Below the pieces are notes generated by a model. It made no database searches. It was not told the origin of the DNA and worked only from the letters and a program-made list of their open reading frames with translations. Of a DNA stretch of 60,522 nt, positions 21,952-37,570 are shown piece after piece (the first letter of the stretch is position 1; each line of letters starts with the position of its first letter). The position numbers and the translations under genes are program-made. The stretch comes from Dimargaris cristalligena (Eukaryota), in NCBI GenBank assembly GCA_003614675.1, contig ML002243.1:1-60522 (forward strand), in the 5' to 3' direction.

Positions 21952-24900
21952 GCTGATGGATATAAACTAATGTAGGGGGGTGGAGGGAGATGCTGAGCCA
22001 ATAATGGAATGGTAGGGGGAGGTGATGATAGTGCAGGGTAGGGGAGACGCGTAGAGAGACACGGGTGGATCAAATAAATGGCAGATGTATGTATAGATAT
22101 ATATATAGATATATATATATATATATCAAGAGAGAAATGGGCGAGAGAACGACAAGAGTTGAGGTCGTGGTGGAGCGGAGCGGAGGGTGGATTTATATGG
22201 AGCGGAAGGTGCGACGGGGACGATGATATCAATCAAAACGGGGAGGGGGAGAAGAAAAGCATACATTCAGAGACCCACCCATCTAGGCTCATTGGAGCAT
22301 ATACCTCTATCGGGACGAGAAAGAAGGGAGGAGAGACTGAGGAATAGGGTGGTACACGCGTTTACAGCCTAAACAGCCGCCCACCCTCTTTTCCACCCGT
22401 TCCGTTTTACCTTATAAATAGGGGTGGTTGGCGTGGACAAAGAGGGAAGTCGCTGTGGCCAATAACCGGAAGAAGGAGGTGGGGAAAACAGATATAGTAG
22501 CTGGTACTTTTTGTTCCCACCAACTCTATTCCTATTTCCACCCATTTTTTCTTCCCTGTAGGTGTGATGTGGTGGGGGTCCTCCCATTGGAGAGCAGAGA
22601 AAAGAGGAGTACGACGGGTAGACTCGCCGCGCCCAATTAGTCAAAGGGTGTGATTATTGATATTATTGATATCATTGATATTGGCACCCTCCTATGAAGG
22701 AAGGAGGGAGGGGGAAACTGGCGACAAAGAACGGCTAGGTCCGGCAGCCAAGGAGGAGGAGGAGGAGGAGGAGAGAAGGGGCTATACCTCCAAGAGACCG
22801 TCACACCAAGACCACCCATCCTGTCCACCTTCCCGAGGCGGTTTGTTGTCTAATTCCCCTGCAGCCGGCTGAGGGGAGGGGTTGTTCCCAATCTGGCCCC
22901 ACCCTCCCATCGGTTGTGCCGCGTCCATCACTGGGTCAATCTTCACGGATACGCCTCCCTAACCTAACCATGGGTTCTCTCTCTCTCTCTATATAGAGCC
23001 ACTAAGCAGTGGGTTAGTTATTTACCACACCGCTAGAAGGGATCCACCTCCTCTCCTCTTCCGCTTCTGGCCTGCGCTTATTCTACTCACTAAGGCTTGG
23101 TACGAAGGAGAGCGTCATCGTGGAACACCACCTCTGAATCAATTATCCAGCGAGGGCCCCTCAACATATATAAAAATACCACACCAACCGTCGATGGCTT
23201 CGTATCCTAAGGATTGGCCCTCCTTGGGGATTCCGCCGCCTCCTATTTACCACCCTCCTAGTCCAGTCCAAACCCAGGCACGGAGGAAGGCCCTGCCAAC
23301 CGCGTCCGGTTCACATCTAACCAACTCTCATGTGACTGTTTCGATATGGAGGTGGCCTAGGGCGGTTGAACGAAGGAGTGCCACTTGACACCATTACCCT
23401 TCTCTAATCCCTTATCCCTCCTCTCCCCTACACGTGAACCATCGCATTCACCCTTGCCGGCGCTAACTAAAATACCCCTTACCGCTCGCACGAATCCCCT
23501 TTTCATCCGCACCACTCTATTCTGTCGGCCCAGTTCGCAGTGGGTGATTGTATCAACTTCCCCTTCCGACACCCGCCCATTATTTATAATCATAATAATT
23601 AGGCCCCGCGTGGTGGTTAATCAATGCTGCTCGCCGCCCCCTAATCACTATGTAAACACTTGGGACTTCAACCCAGCCCCCTCGCTAGGCAGCTTCGTAT
23701 TCGATGCTATATTTTTTCCACCACCCCTACACACCCACCTGTATTGACGCTCTATAGTCTCTCATAATATCTTAAATGGTTCCAGAGACTGTGCTCCGCG
23801 AGGTCCCTACCGGAAATTGACATGAACCGACGCGTCAATTCACATTCGTATTCGTATTTGCTTTATAAATACAATTGCCTAATCCAACTAAGCTACCGAA
23901 TCCGGCACGTGCGGAACGGGTCTACATTGGAGAGGCAATGTGTTGTTGTTGTGGGTTAATGGTTTCCCGACTCTAAAATCGACCCAGGCTCTGCCTTGTT
24001 AAACTGGCTTCATTAATGTAGAGTGATGATTATGATGATAGTCCGCACCCATCGCCTTGGGTGAACACATCTGCGTGACTTATTCGAATGACCGTGGTGT
24101 TAGTAATTGATGGCGGTGGGTGTGCGGTGTAGAGCGTACCTGGGCTGTGTGCATGCGGTTCCCGGGAGCAGCCCAAGGCCATAACTGGACATCACTAGGT
24201 CAATGCGTTGGCTCATTATTTCTTTGGGTAATATCCAGCCTCAAAATACCTCTGCAGGCCTCCAGACAGTAGCCAGTCCTTTTTGGAAAACACTATGATC
24301 CTTCTCACCTACACCCAACCCACATTACTTTCATGGTAATATGGTGCTGAATCGCCCAAGGGAAATGTACTTGTTATATAGAGTGTGCTGTAGGATCATT
24401 CCAAATTAACGCCATGCAGATGGGCCTCCCACACCAGCACTGCGCTACAGCCGGCAGTAGGTATAGGCGCCTATCTATAGTCATATATAGAAAGGGTAGT
24501 TCCGCCCATGAATCCTTCCATGTAACCCCTTCATGTTCACTGTATTTGCCCGTGCCAATTTACTCTCTCTATTTATATACATTTATTTCCAGTTGACAGG
24601 GTTTTTTTTACATAGTTAAAACCTTAAAACAATAAAGAGCAGACAAAGGTCCTTTTTCCTCGGCCTTAACCCAAAGTCGCCTCTACCAGCCCAGTTCAAC
24701 TCTCGTTAAATTGATCAGCTCCGACGCGTCGTGAATCGCCAACCCTTAACTTTGCCAGTAGGATCCCCTCTCTCGCGAGTCTATTGGCCCAGCGCACCAA
24801 CGTTTTTCAACAGTCCACACCTAACCATACCATACCCATCTACTTTCTTTTACTCCTGAGCATTCGGCCCCTTTTTAAATATCCTTATTGGTCTATTACC

Positions 24901-25589
24901 AACTCTCTTTCTTTCGCTACTCCACTCAATCTCTCCCTCATTTCCTACCTTTTGTTGTCCAGCGTCTTTAAAGTCCATCGCTCGCTTAACTCTCAGTTAA
25001 ACCACCCCGCTATTATTTGTATATAAACCACACGCAAGGTAAGCTACCCCAGTAGGACCCCTATACTTGTTACACGCGTTCATTGACGGTGCTACAGATG
25101 AGGTCCCCTACGTCTGGTATATAGTCCTCGGTAGCCTCCCTAGGTTATCGGAGTTGGGAAGATCATAGAGGCATTGGGTGGGTCATTCAACCTATCAACT
25201 CCATGTTCTCCTCAGGGATGTGTCCCAGATTCCCCCGACGATCGACTTGCGCTAGCCTAAGCGCAACCACTGCCCAGGTTTCACCCACTCTCGACGTAAA
25301 CACCGCCCTGTTCTAGCTGCGTTAAACTTTAATATCGTGGCCTCTCCCTAAAGCACTTTATAGTCGTTGCTCTACGTTCACTTGTGCCGACTCACTACAC
25401 GTCTTTATAAATTGTACGGGTGTAGCGAGGTGGCCCTTTTCATTAACTACATCCGCTTCTACCAATTTCAGTTTTAAAAACCCCTTATCTATTATTATTA
25501 TTTTGGCCACTCACTTACCGTTCTTTACTATACCCAATTCATTTCGCCCCTCGCTATTCATCCTTCCTCCCCAGCACTTTGTACCCAGA

Positions 25590-26827
25590 ATGGCCCGGAA
25601 AACCGCCGAGAAATCTCGCGCCATGAGTGTCGATTCCAGTGACGAAAGCGTCAGCGTCTCCACGGTCAAGGTCGTACCGTCGAAGAAAGCCAACGGCAAA
25701 TCCAAGTTAGTGGCTGCCCAGGATAACGATGTTGATGAAGGTGATGAAGCCTCCCAACCCGAAGAAGCAAAGGCCGAGGTTAATGGCGACGAGGTCGAAG
25801 ACTCCGAGGACTCCGAGGTTTACGTGGTCGAAAAGATTATCAAGCACCGAACGAAGGGGGTAAGCTATACTAACATTTGCCTAGCTTGATTCATTCTAGT
25901 CTCATCCCCCATATATATATATATATATACTCGCGTGATTTTTATTCGTATCCGAAGTCTACTAGAAAGTCGGTGATGATAGTAGTAGACCCGGTCCATT
26001 CCTACCGCGATGTTGGACTAACCCCTTCCGATGTTCTCCACCATCACATTGTCTGATTGCTGGCGACTCTCTCTCTCTCTCTCCCTCTCTCTAGGGCAAG
26101 ACGGAATACTTTCTCAAGTGGCAAGGCTACGGCGAGGAAGATAATACTTGGGAACGAGAGGATAACGTGTAAGTCCCATTTAACTAGATTTCTTATATCA
26201 GGGACCTATCTCTTATCCTCTACAGTATGTAGATTTTTATATATGTTGCATCACAAGTCATCTTCGTAGTCAAGATCAAACACGTACTTTTTTTTTTAAA
26301 AAAAAGTAATAATTGCCGAATATTAATGAAATTTATGAGCGTATCGATACACCTGGTTTTATTGCGCATCCCTTCTCACCCATTAACCTAGCTTCTGCCA
26401 TGATCTGGTAGATGCCTATTGGAAGAGTATCGACAAGAAGAACTCCCCCGCCAAGGCCACCCCCCGGGCCAAGCGTAAGCGTAACTCCCTGGCGGCCCAA
26501 TCGCCGACCATTTCCATTACCCCCATGGACGACGAGGTCGCATTCCCCGACCCCGATGCCGAGTCCTGGGAAGACTCTGTTAAACAAGTGGTGAACGTCG
26601 AACACACCGAAGACGGTCTCTACATTCACCTGGAGTGGAAGAACGGCCGCTTGACGTGCCATCGGAGTGATATCGTCAACCATAAATGCCCCCAGACCAT
26701 CATCTCTTTCTACGAAAGTAAGCTGCACTTCAAGCGGCCTACGGCTAAGGAGGCTGCCAAAGAGGCCGCTGCCAAGGCGGCTACCGCTAAAGCAGATGAA
26801 GAGGCGACGAAGGATGATTCGGATTAA
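25590..26827 (+). CDS. HP1/Swi6-like chromodomain + chromo-shadow protein, 3 coding exons
   Basis: Exons 25590-25859, 26095-26168, 26392-26827 give [50 protein letters not shown], a basic hinge KRKR and shadow domain SWEDSV...KCPQTIISFYESKLHF. Probable 5'UTR intron ~25039-25471. Confidence 0.92.
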
Positions 26828-27711
26828 TGCCTGAGATACTCCCTAGTTGACGTAGGAGGGGGGGGTTGGCGCTACCTGGCGGCTCTCATCCTCTCTCTTT
26901 ATTTTTAGTGTATAAAAATAATTTATATACTGGGCTTCCGAATTCCTCTTTATATTCGCCGCTGACCTCTTTTTCTTTTTTTTTCTGGTACTGTTACCGT
27001 TATTCGATTCTCTTCTCCATTCGTACTATAATGTATGTCCATTTATCGAGTATAACTGCATATTAAGTTGGACGCGATGTGGGTTAGTTATGGACTGCCT
27101 GTTTTTTTAAAACACACAATGTTCTAGTAAAGGTTCGTTTTAAGTCTCCCCTTTCCGTAATTTAAATGTCTGGAGCATGCTGGCTTGCTTGGACCGGTCA
27201 TTATTGTTGAGCGGGTCTACTGAGAAGATACGCCCTTTCTCCAACTTATCTATATCTGGGGCTTGGTAGTATCTCGCCCAATACCAAGGTATGATTCATC
27301 CATTTTTATATATTCAATGAATAATAAAATATATTTTAACGCAACCATGTAGATGGGCGAGCGAGGGCTTTATTCGCAAAACCAACGTTTGAAAAAATCG
27401 AAATTTGGATGGGAAGTGGGTGAGTTAAAGAGGGTGGGTAGTGGTTTATGTACAAATGGACCCCCGAGTAATACAAATAAATTATAGAGTAGACCCTACA
27501 CCGAGGGAAAAGAATCGAGTTAATGCAGTGACGGAAGCCTGCACATATATAACCCTGGGACTGTGTACAGGGGGAGGACGTATGGATCAGTAGTAGTGGC
27601 GACGGTCTCCACACCCAGGTGCTTTTGCTGAAACCTGGACCATAGTGACGGCAGAAGGAGAGTTGGGTTGGGAAGGGAAGGAGGTAAATGGTAAAAGGAA
27701 CATGAAAAAAT

Positions 27712-27957
27712 TTAGACGCTAATAGGGTCGCTTAGGGATATGGTACCGCCGTCGTCGTCGCGTTGGAAATCTTCGGGTTCGTAAATGACGCGAATAATGA
27801 GGGAGCAGCTCGGGCACCGGGCGATATCTTCGCCATCGAAAAGCTCCTCTTCGGTGATTTCGAACCGGTCACCGCAGGGACAGGGGTAATGGTACAGTTT
27901 GTTCGCTTCGTCAAACTCGAGGTCTTCGATTTCGATTTCGTCGTAGAAGGAGGCCAT
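27712..27957 (-). CDS. DPH3: Dph3/Kti11 CSL zinc-finger protein
   Basis: [12 protein letters not shown]...YPCPCGDRF...[12 protein letters not shown]. Confidence 0.95.
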   Translation of the reverse strand: MASFYDEIEIEDLEFDEANKLYHYPCPCGDRFEITEEELFDGEDIARCPSCSLIIRVIYEPEDFQRDDDGGTISLSDPISV

Positions 27958-30093
27958 GTTGGATAGTTTTTGGAATGTGGCGAGGCAGGGAGAAGGGGGG
28001 AGGTGTATATGTGGAAATGCAAGGGTGAGAAGTGGGAGGGGCGTAACATAAGGTAGTATGTAGAACTGGGCTCTTATACGGAATGCTAGAATAATCCGCA
28101 ATTTATAAATAGAAAATATATAAATGGAATGCCCTAGTTGCAAGAGACGGCCATGTATTGAAAGGTAATTGCGACAATTGGTGAAAAATGGCCCGGCTTG
28201 GTAGTTAAAGGTATAATTCAGTAGTATTAGTTAATGGCTTTTGTTATTTCCAAGGCAGAGTGTCAAAAAAGGGAAGAGGATGTGGTTGTTGCTCAGGTGG
28301 GGAGGCGGTCTGCGTTGAGCTGCATTGGAAAAGGAGAAGGAGCCACCAAACGACTATTGGATTCATCCCCAACCAACGAAACACGAAGACCGGTGTGGTC
28401 AATGAATGGGACAATGCCTCTCTTGGCTTTCCTTGCCAATTTAGGCAACACGCACCACACACCATTTTGCATTTCATCCATTAGTTATGGCTGATGACAG
28501 TAGCACGGATTAGTTCGTGTTACCTGCTCGGTCCAGCTTCCAGCCATTTCCCCTTATGGAAATTGATCAGGCAGCTGTTCCTGTTTGCTGTGGCCAGAAC
28601 AGCTGAGAATAGCTAATACACCTGGGTCGCCAAAGTTCTTTCGTTTTATATGCGGTCCGTCTCAATCGGTGGGCTGGATATGGATAAAATATCAAGGTAA
28701 TAATATCTCCTCCCACTATTATTGATTTTTCATAGCCCGGCGGCGACTATTTCGGTTCGAGCTATATAATCCGACGACCACTTAGCTTGAATTTGGGAAA
28801 GGGGGCGGAAGAGATGCATTGGTGTTTTAGTTTGCCAACCACGGCCCCGGTTGGCCCGACCAACTCTTACTTGGCCATTCTTCGTACCGCGGAATACTTT
28901 ATAGCTAGCGGCTAGTTCAAGTTGACATCGATCCACCGGGATTAACTATGTTATCCAATTGGGTGGGATCCGGGTACCTTCGGTTAATTAATAACTTTGG
29001 CATCCAGAGGAAACCAGAGGCCTAAAGTGGCTCAACCAAAGGGTTCGCTAGAGGGGGAGGAACACTGCAGCTCACAGACCCAAGGAAGAAAGTTCAATTT
29101 GTTTATAGGAAACATGGGTTGTTAATCTCACCGCAGTTACGGGGGGCTTCCAAGTAATATGAAGGAGGTGTGGGGGAGAAGGTCTAAGGAATGGAGGGGA
29201 AGGGAAGGATTTCCCGGGTGGAACCGGTGGGGCAGCGAAGGACAGTCGGTTACGGCCGGAGTTAGGAGTTCCGGGGATTGGGCCAGGTGTATGTCGGTCT
29301 TTCTTTCGCGGGTCAGGCCAGACTGGCCCTTTTTTATATAGCAGCCACGCCATCCCGGAATTTGTGGGTGTTGTTGTATGTGAGTATATGCATATATGCT
29401 TATATTCGGTTATTATTCCCCCATATTAACACGGCCCGGCGGATAGCGAAAGAGGGGTGCGGTTTAGTCGTTTTGGAGAGAGGGCCATATATTTTTAAGA
29501 CTGACTGACTGGGCAATAGTTATTTCTTGAGTTACTGGCATGTGATGAAAGGGGTTTCCTAAGGCTGGGTTTATGAAACGGGCCGAAAGTAGGATATATG
29601 CGCATTGATTGGGAAGTGCATCACCCCACTATTTCGACCACGCGATTGGCTCGTTCGTTACATGGGCGCGGCTTTGGTGTTAGTTGAGCGACAAGCGGGG
29701 AAGAAAGGAGTTGCCCGTCAAAATGGCCTACGCCCATCATGTTGTGGTGTGTGGATGGGGCGATACGACAACGAACATATCCCAACTAATAAATAATATA
29801 TACCATATTTCATTTCTCCTATAGCAACCTCCACTGTGCACAATATAAAGCCCCCCCTCCCGTCCCATGTATGTATGCATCATGTCCAGTCGACCTTATA
29901 TAACAACTCACTAGTCCTTCCCAGCAAACTAGCCTCACAAAAAAGTATAGACCCTTTCTTCTTTCTAACCCCCCCTTCTCCCTCCCCTCCGCCTTTTTAA
30001 CACCCTTGGCCAAATAGAACTCCTTTATCTTCTCCTCCACCCGTCTCTGTCACCTTTCCTCGCTCTTCTGCCCCGCATACCCATTACCGCAAT

Positions 30094-33796
<3,703 letters not shown>

Positions 33797-34555
33797 ATGA
33801 ATAGATATAGGGGGGGGAGTTCCCCCTCGGTTAATTTCCTGACTCGTTTTGACACCCGAATCCTAATTGAATCTACCCATTTGTACGCTGATATTTTCCG
33901 AATCGAGCGGGTGGCAAAGATGCACGTAGGGTCAGAATTGATTATCCTAGAGAATGGCAATTGGTTTAGTTAGTGCCTATAGCTAATATGTATATGTTTC
34001 GGACATTGAGTATGAAAAATCAATGGTTCCAAAAATCAAAACAACTACTTAACGGTGTGAACGAATCATTAAATGTATGTATGTTGTAAATTTGGACGAC
34101 CGATTCTTGAGCATTACCAAGCGTAGAATGGGAAGGGGGGACAAGATGCTATAATAGTTGGCTCATTCTAAATATGATATTTAATTGAACACTTCTGTAT
34201 CGAGATACGGTTGTGTGATAGGTGCTATATTCTCTGCTTATTCACGTTAATCGTTGTTTCCTGAGAAAAGTGGGGAAACGGTGGGCGAATAGCTCACCAG
34301 ATATTGGAACGGATGATGTGTCTAAGGATAACGTCATAAGGCCCGTTCGTAAAATGATAATAGGCCTTATATATTATCAGCATGCCAGTTGGCTCCTCCC
34401 ACCCAGCGAGTTCCAGCAGTCCGAATTTTATCTGAACCCCCTCGTTGAAAGAAGGCCAGCCCAGCTCAGCTGGTAGAGGTATCCTTCCCGACCTTCGCCT
34501 GCTTTTTCCGTATTGCCCTCAAAACTGCCACGGGTTTTATTCTCCTGTTTCCATT

Positions 34556-37500
34556 ATGCCTTCCCGTATGCGCTACTATGTGGGAGTGGATGTCGGTACC
34601 GGTTCCGTTCGAGCGGGTCTCTTTGCCCTAGCCCCTCCACCATCCCCGGTGGAAAGAGACGAAACGGCGTCTTCGACCTGCTCGCAAGGGACTGCTGCTA
34701 GTAGTAGTAGTAGTAGTTCCGCAGCTTCCGTTCCCGCCTCCTCTTCGGCCCAAATGGTGGCCCTTCATAAACAGGCCATTACCACCCGTACCAACTGGCA
34801 CCCCGTGTTCCGAGGTCCCCCTCATTCTACTTTTTCCTCCTCCTCTTCAACCTCTTCGGAAGCCGTTAGCGTGCGTCAATGCGTCCAATCCAGTACCGAA
34901 ATCTGGCAAGCGGTTTGCCATTGTGTGCAACAGTGTCTCCAAACCGCCCAAGCGCACCACCACCGGTTACAGCAACTGCAGCAGTCACCGGAGGGGGTTG
35001 CTTTTGATGTTACCCAAGTCGCCGGGATTGGTTTCGATGCCACTTGTTCTCTAGTGGTCTTGGCGGAGCCTCCCCCAACTACGCCTACGCCCACTTCTAC
35101 TCCTACCGCCCATAATACCACCACCACCACCACTACCACTTACCCAACCCTGTCCCAGGCCCCGGCTGAACAATGGCAGCCTATTGGGGTCTCCCAGACT
35201 GCTTTAAGGGCCCGTATCCACCGACTTTGCGGGGCTGAAGGGGGGACTGGGGAAATGAACGACCATGAAGGACGGGGGGAAAGGGGCGAGAGCGGGGAAG
35301 AAGGAGGCCCCGGCTCACCGTGTCCTTTACGTCAAGAGGCCGATGGTTCCACGAAAGATGATGATGATGATGCGGCTGATAATGCTGGTGAAGATGGAGA
35401 TGCTTTTAATGTTGTCCTATGGATGGACCACCGAGCGCCCGACCAAACCGCTCGTATTAGTCGGTCATCCGTGGGAGCCCAACGGGTATTTCGGTATGTG
35501 GGGGGCCAAATGTCCATTGAAATGGAACTACCCAAGATTCTGTGGCTGAAAGAGTACTGCCTCTGGGGTGATCACGGCCATCATCACCCCGGACGCCACC
35601 AGCCCCGGCCGTCGTACCCACCCAACTCGGAGGCCCCGAACTCAAACTCAAACTTGAATTCGACCTCCGCCTCAGCCCCAGCCCCAGCCCCAGCCCCAAC
35701 TCCAACCTCAGCCGTACCGTCCGAATCCGGCCAACGCGTTTGGGATTCGATGCACTTTTTTAGTCTATCCGACTTTCTGACCTTTCGCTGTACCGGTCGG
35801 CCGGCACGGTCCACGTGTTCGCTAATTTGTAAATGGGGTTATCTGCCCCCCGGGACCGTCCCAGCTGATTCTAGTGGAGGGGGTTGGGACGGGGCGTTTT
35901 TGCGGGATATCGGTTTGGCCGACCTAACCGTTGACCACTATAAGCGGATTGGTGGCCACAGCGGTACGGCCCATACCGAAAAGGCATGGGGTGGTGGTGA
36001 TGATCATGATATTCATAATCATAATCATAGTGGTGATCCCGCGGAACTAGTCCATCGGGCCGGCGACTGGGTGGGCAATTTGACCCCCCAAGCAGCTCGT
36101 GAATTAGGGTTGACCACCCAAACCCGAGTGGGTTCGGCGGTCATTGATGCCTACGCGGGCTGGATTGGGACGGTCCTCACCATGAACCCGGCTGATGCAG
36201 CCGTTACCCCGAATCAAAACAGCCACTCCCCTAATGGCCATGCGGCTGCTTCCTCCGGGACCACGGCACTGGTAGACCAAATGACCCACCGCCTAGTAAT
36301 TACGTGCGGTACTTCGTCGTGCCATTTAGCCGCCCACCCCCAGCCCCTCTTCGTGTCGGGTATTTGGGGACCATACTACAACGTTGCCGTACCCGGCCTG
36401 TGGCTCACGGAGGGGGGGCAGAGTGCCACGGGGGCCTTGGTGGACTACCTAGTAAGCCAGCACCCGGCTTACCCTTGGCTGTATCAGGCTATACGGCAAG
36501 GCCACTCCCCGTCCGCTCTTCTATCGGGGAATCCTTTTGCCGGACAAAGTGGCCGTGGCACTGCTTGTGTAGTACCTCCTAGAGGGAAACTACAGTCCGC
36601 TAAACCTACTTCAGCCGTCTACGACTACCTTAATGCCCTAGTTCGGGAGGCGGTGGCTACCCCCTCCTCCTCCTCCCCTCGTCACCAGAGCCCCGGGTTA
36701 GAGTTACCCACACCGGTGACCCAGCTGGAGCAACCCTATCGGGGGTACTTGGATCTCATTGACCACCAAACGTACCATTTTCTCCCCGACTGGCACGGAA
36801 ATCGTTCTCCACTCAGCGACGCCAGTTTGCGGGGGGCTATCGTGGGCCTTGCCCTGGACGAAGGGTCCTCTAACGATCACGGTAATCCCCTCGCCCTAGT
36901 CAAGGTGTATCTGGCGGCCTGTATGGCCCTGGCTTACGGCACCCGCCAGATTATCGACCGTCTCACCGGGCCCCAACCCAAACCTAAGCCTAAGCAGGGT
37001 AATCTTACTACCCATCATGCGGAGGGTCCCCATGTTTCGGCGGCGGAGTTGCCGCTCGGGCAGCAGCCGAGGCATGTCATCACTGAATTAGTAATGGCGG
37101 GTGGGTGGGCCCAAAACGACCTTTTTGTCCAGATACACGCCGATGTGACGGGTCGGCCGGTTTACGTACCGCAGGTGGACCAAGGGGCCGAAGTCGTTTT
37201 GGGGTCGGCCATGTGTGGCTATGCCGCCGAGTTAGCAGCGGAGGCAATGGAAACAACGGTAGCGGCAGCGACAACAACAGTGGATGCCAAGTCACCAGCC
37301 CCTCCTACCTGTCCACTGAACGAGCAGTCCGGGGCCCGACGATCCCCTCCTAATGTCAAATTCCCGATACCCCCCCTCCCAACTCCCGGCACGGACCCGC
37401 AGTTCTTGCTCACCGCTATGCGACATATGCGCCCCCCACCCGGCCGGGTGGTCCTGCCCTGTCTAACGGACCGGGAACGAACTATCCATGGGCGCCGGTA

Positions 37501-37570
37501 TCAAGTCATGTGTCGAATGCAACAGGACCAAAAGGCCTACCAAGCGATTATGGCTGGACAGTCGTTGTAG
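34556..37570 (+). CDS. FGGY-family carbohydrate (D-ribulose/pentulose) kinase with long low-complexity insertions
   Basis: YYVGVDVGTGSVRA, GIGFDATCSLVV, VLWMDHRA, EMELPKILWLK, IDAYAG, GTSSCH, WLTEGGQSATG, PDWHGNRSP. Intronless; start taken at ATG 34556. Confidence 0.92.
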   Translation: MPSRMRYYVGVDVGTGSVRAGLFALAPPPSPVERDETASSTCSQGTAASSSSSSSAASVPASSSAQMVALHKQAITTRTNWHPVFRGPPHSTFSSSSSTSSEAVSVRQCVQSSTEIWQAVCHCVQQCLQTAQAHHHRLQQLQQSPEGVAFDVTQVAGIGFDATCSLVVLAEPPPTTPTPTSTPTAHNTTTTTTTTYPTLSQAPAEQWQPIGVSQTALRARIHRLCGAEGGTGEMNDHEGRGERGESGEEGGPGSPCPLRQEADGSTKDDDDDAADNAGEDGDAFNVVLWMDHRAPDQTARISRSSVGAQRVFRYVGGQMSIEMELPKILWLKEYCLWGDHGHHHPGRHQPRPSYPPNSEAPNSNSNLNSTSASAPAPAPAPTPTSAVPSESGQRVWDSMHFFSLSDFLTFRCTGRPARSTCSLICKWGYLPPGTVPADSSGGGWDGAFLRDIGLADLTVDHYKRIGGHSGTAHTEKAWGGGDDHDIHNHNHSGDPAELVHRAGDWVGNLTPQAARELGLTTQTRVGSAVIDAYAGWIGTVLTMNPADAAVTPNQNSHSPNGHAAASSGTTALVDQMTHRLVITCGTSSCHLAAHPQPLFVSGIWGPYYNVAVPGLWLTEGGQSATGALVDYLVSQHPAYPWLYQAIRQGHSPSALLSGNPFAGQSGRGTACVVPPRGKLQSAKPTSAVYDYLNALVREAVATPSSSSPRHQSPGLELPTPVTQLEQPYRGYLDLIDHQTYHFLPDWHGNRSPLSDASLRGAIVGLALDEGSSNDHGNPLALVKVYLAACMALAYGTRQIIDRLTGPQPKPKPKQGNLTTHHAEGPHVSAAELPLGQQPRHVITELVMAGGWAQNDLFVQIHADVTGRPVYVPQVDQGAEVVLGSAMCGYAAELAAEAMETTVAAATTTVDAKSPAPPTCPLNEQSGARRSPPNVKFPIPPLPTPGTDPQFLLTAMRHMRPPPGRVVLPCLTDRERTIHGRRYQVMCRMQQDQKAYQAIMAGQSL

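Noticed and set aside
22090-22126. (TA)n microsatellite (similar short tracts and poly-C/G runs elsewhere)
   Set aside because: Ordinary simple repeats in UTR/intergenic DNA.
24020-24350. TGATGA / CTGA motifs suggesting a C/D box snoRNA
   Set aside because: Spacing is too long, and no terminal stem or rRNA-complementary guide was recognised.
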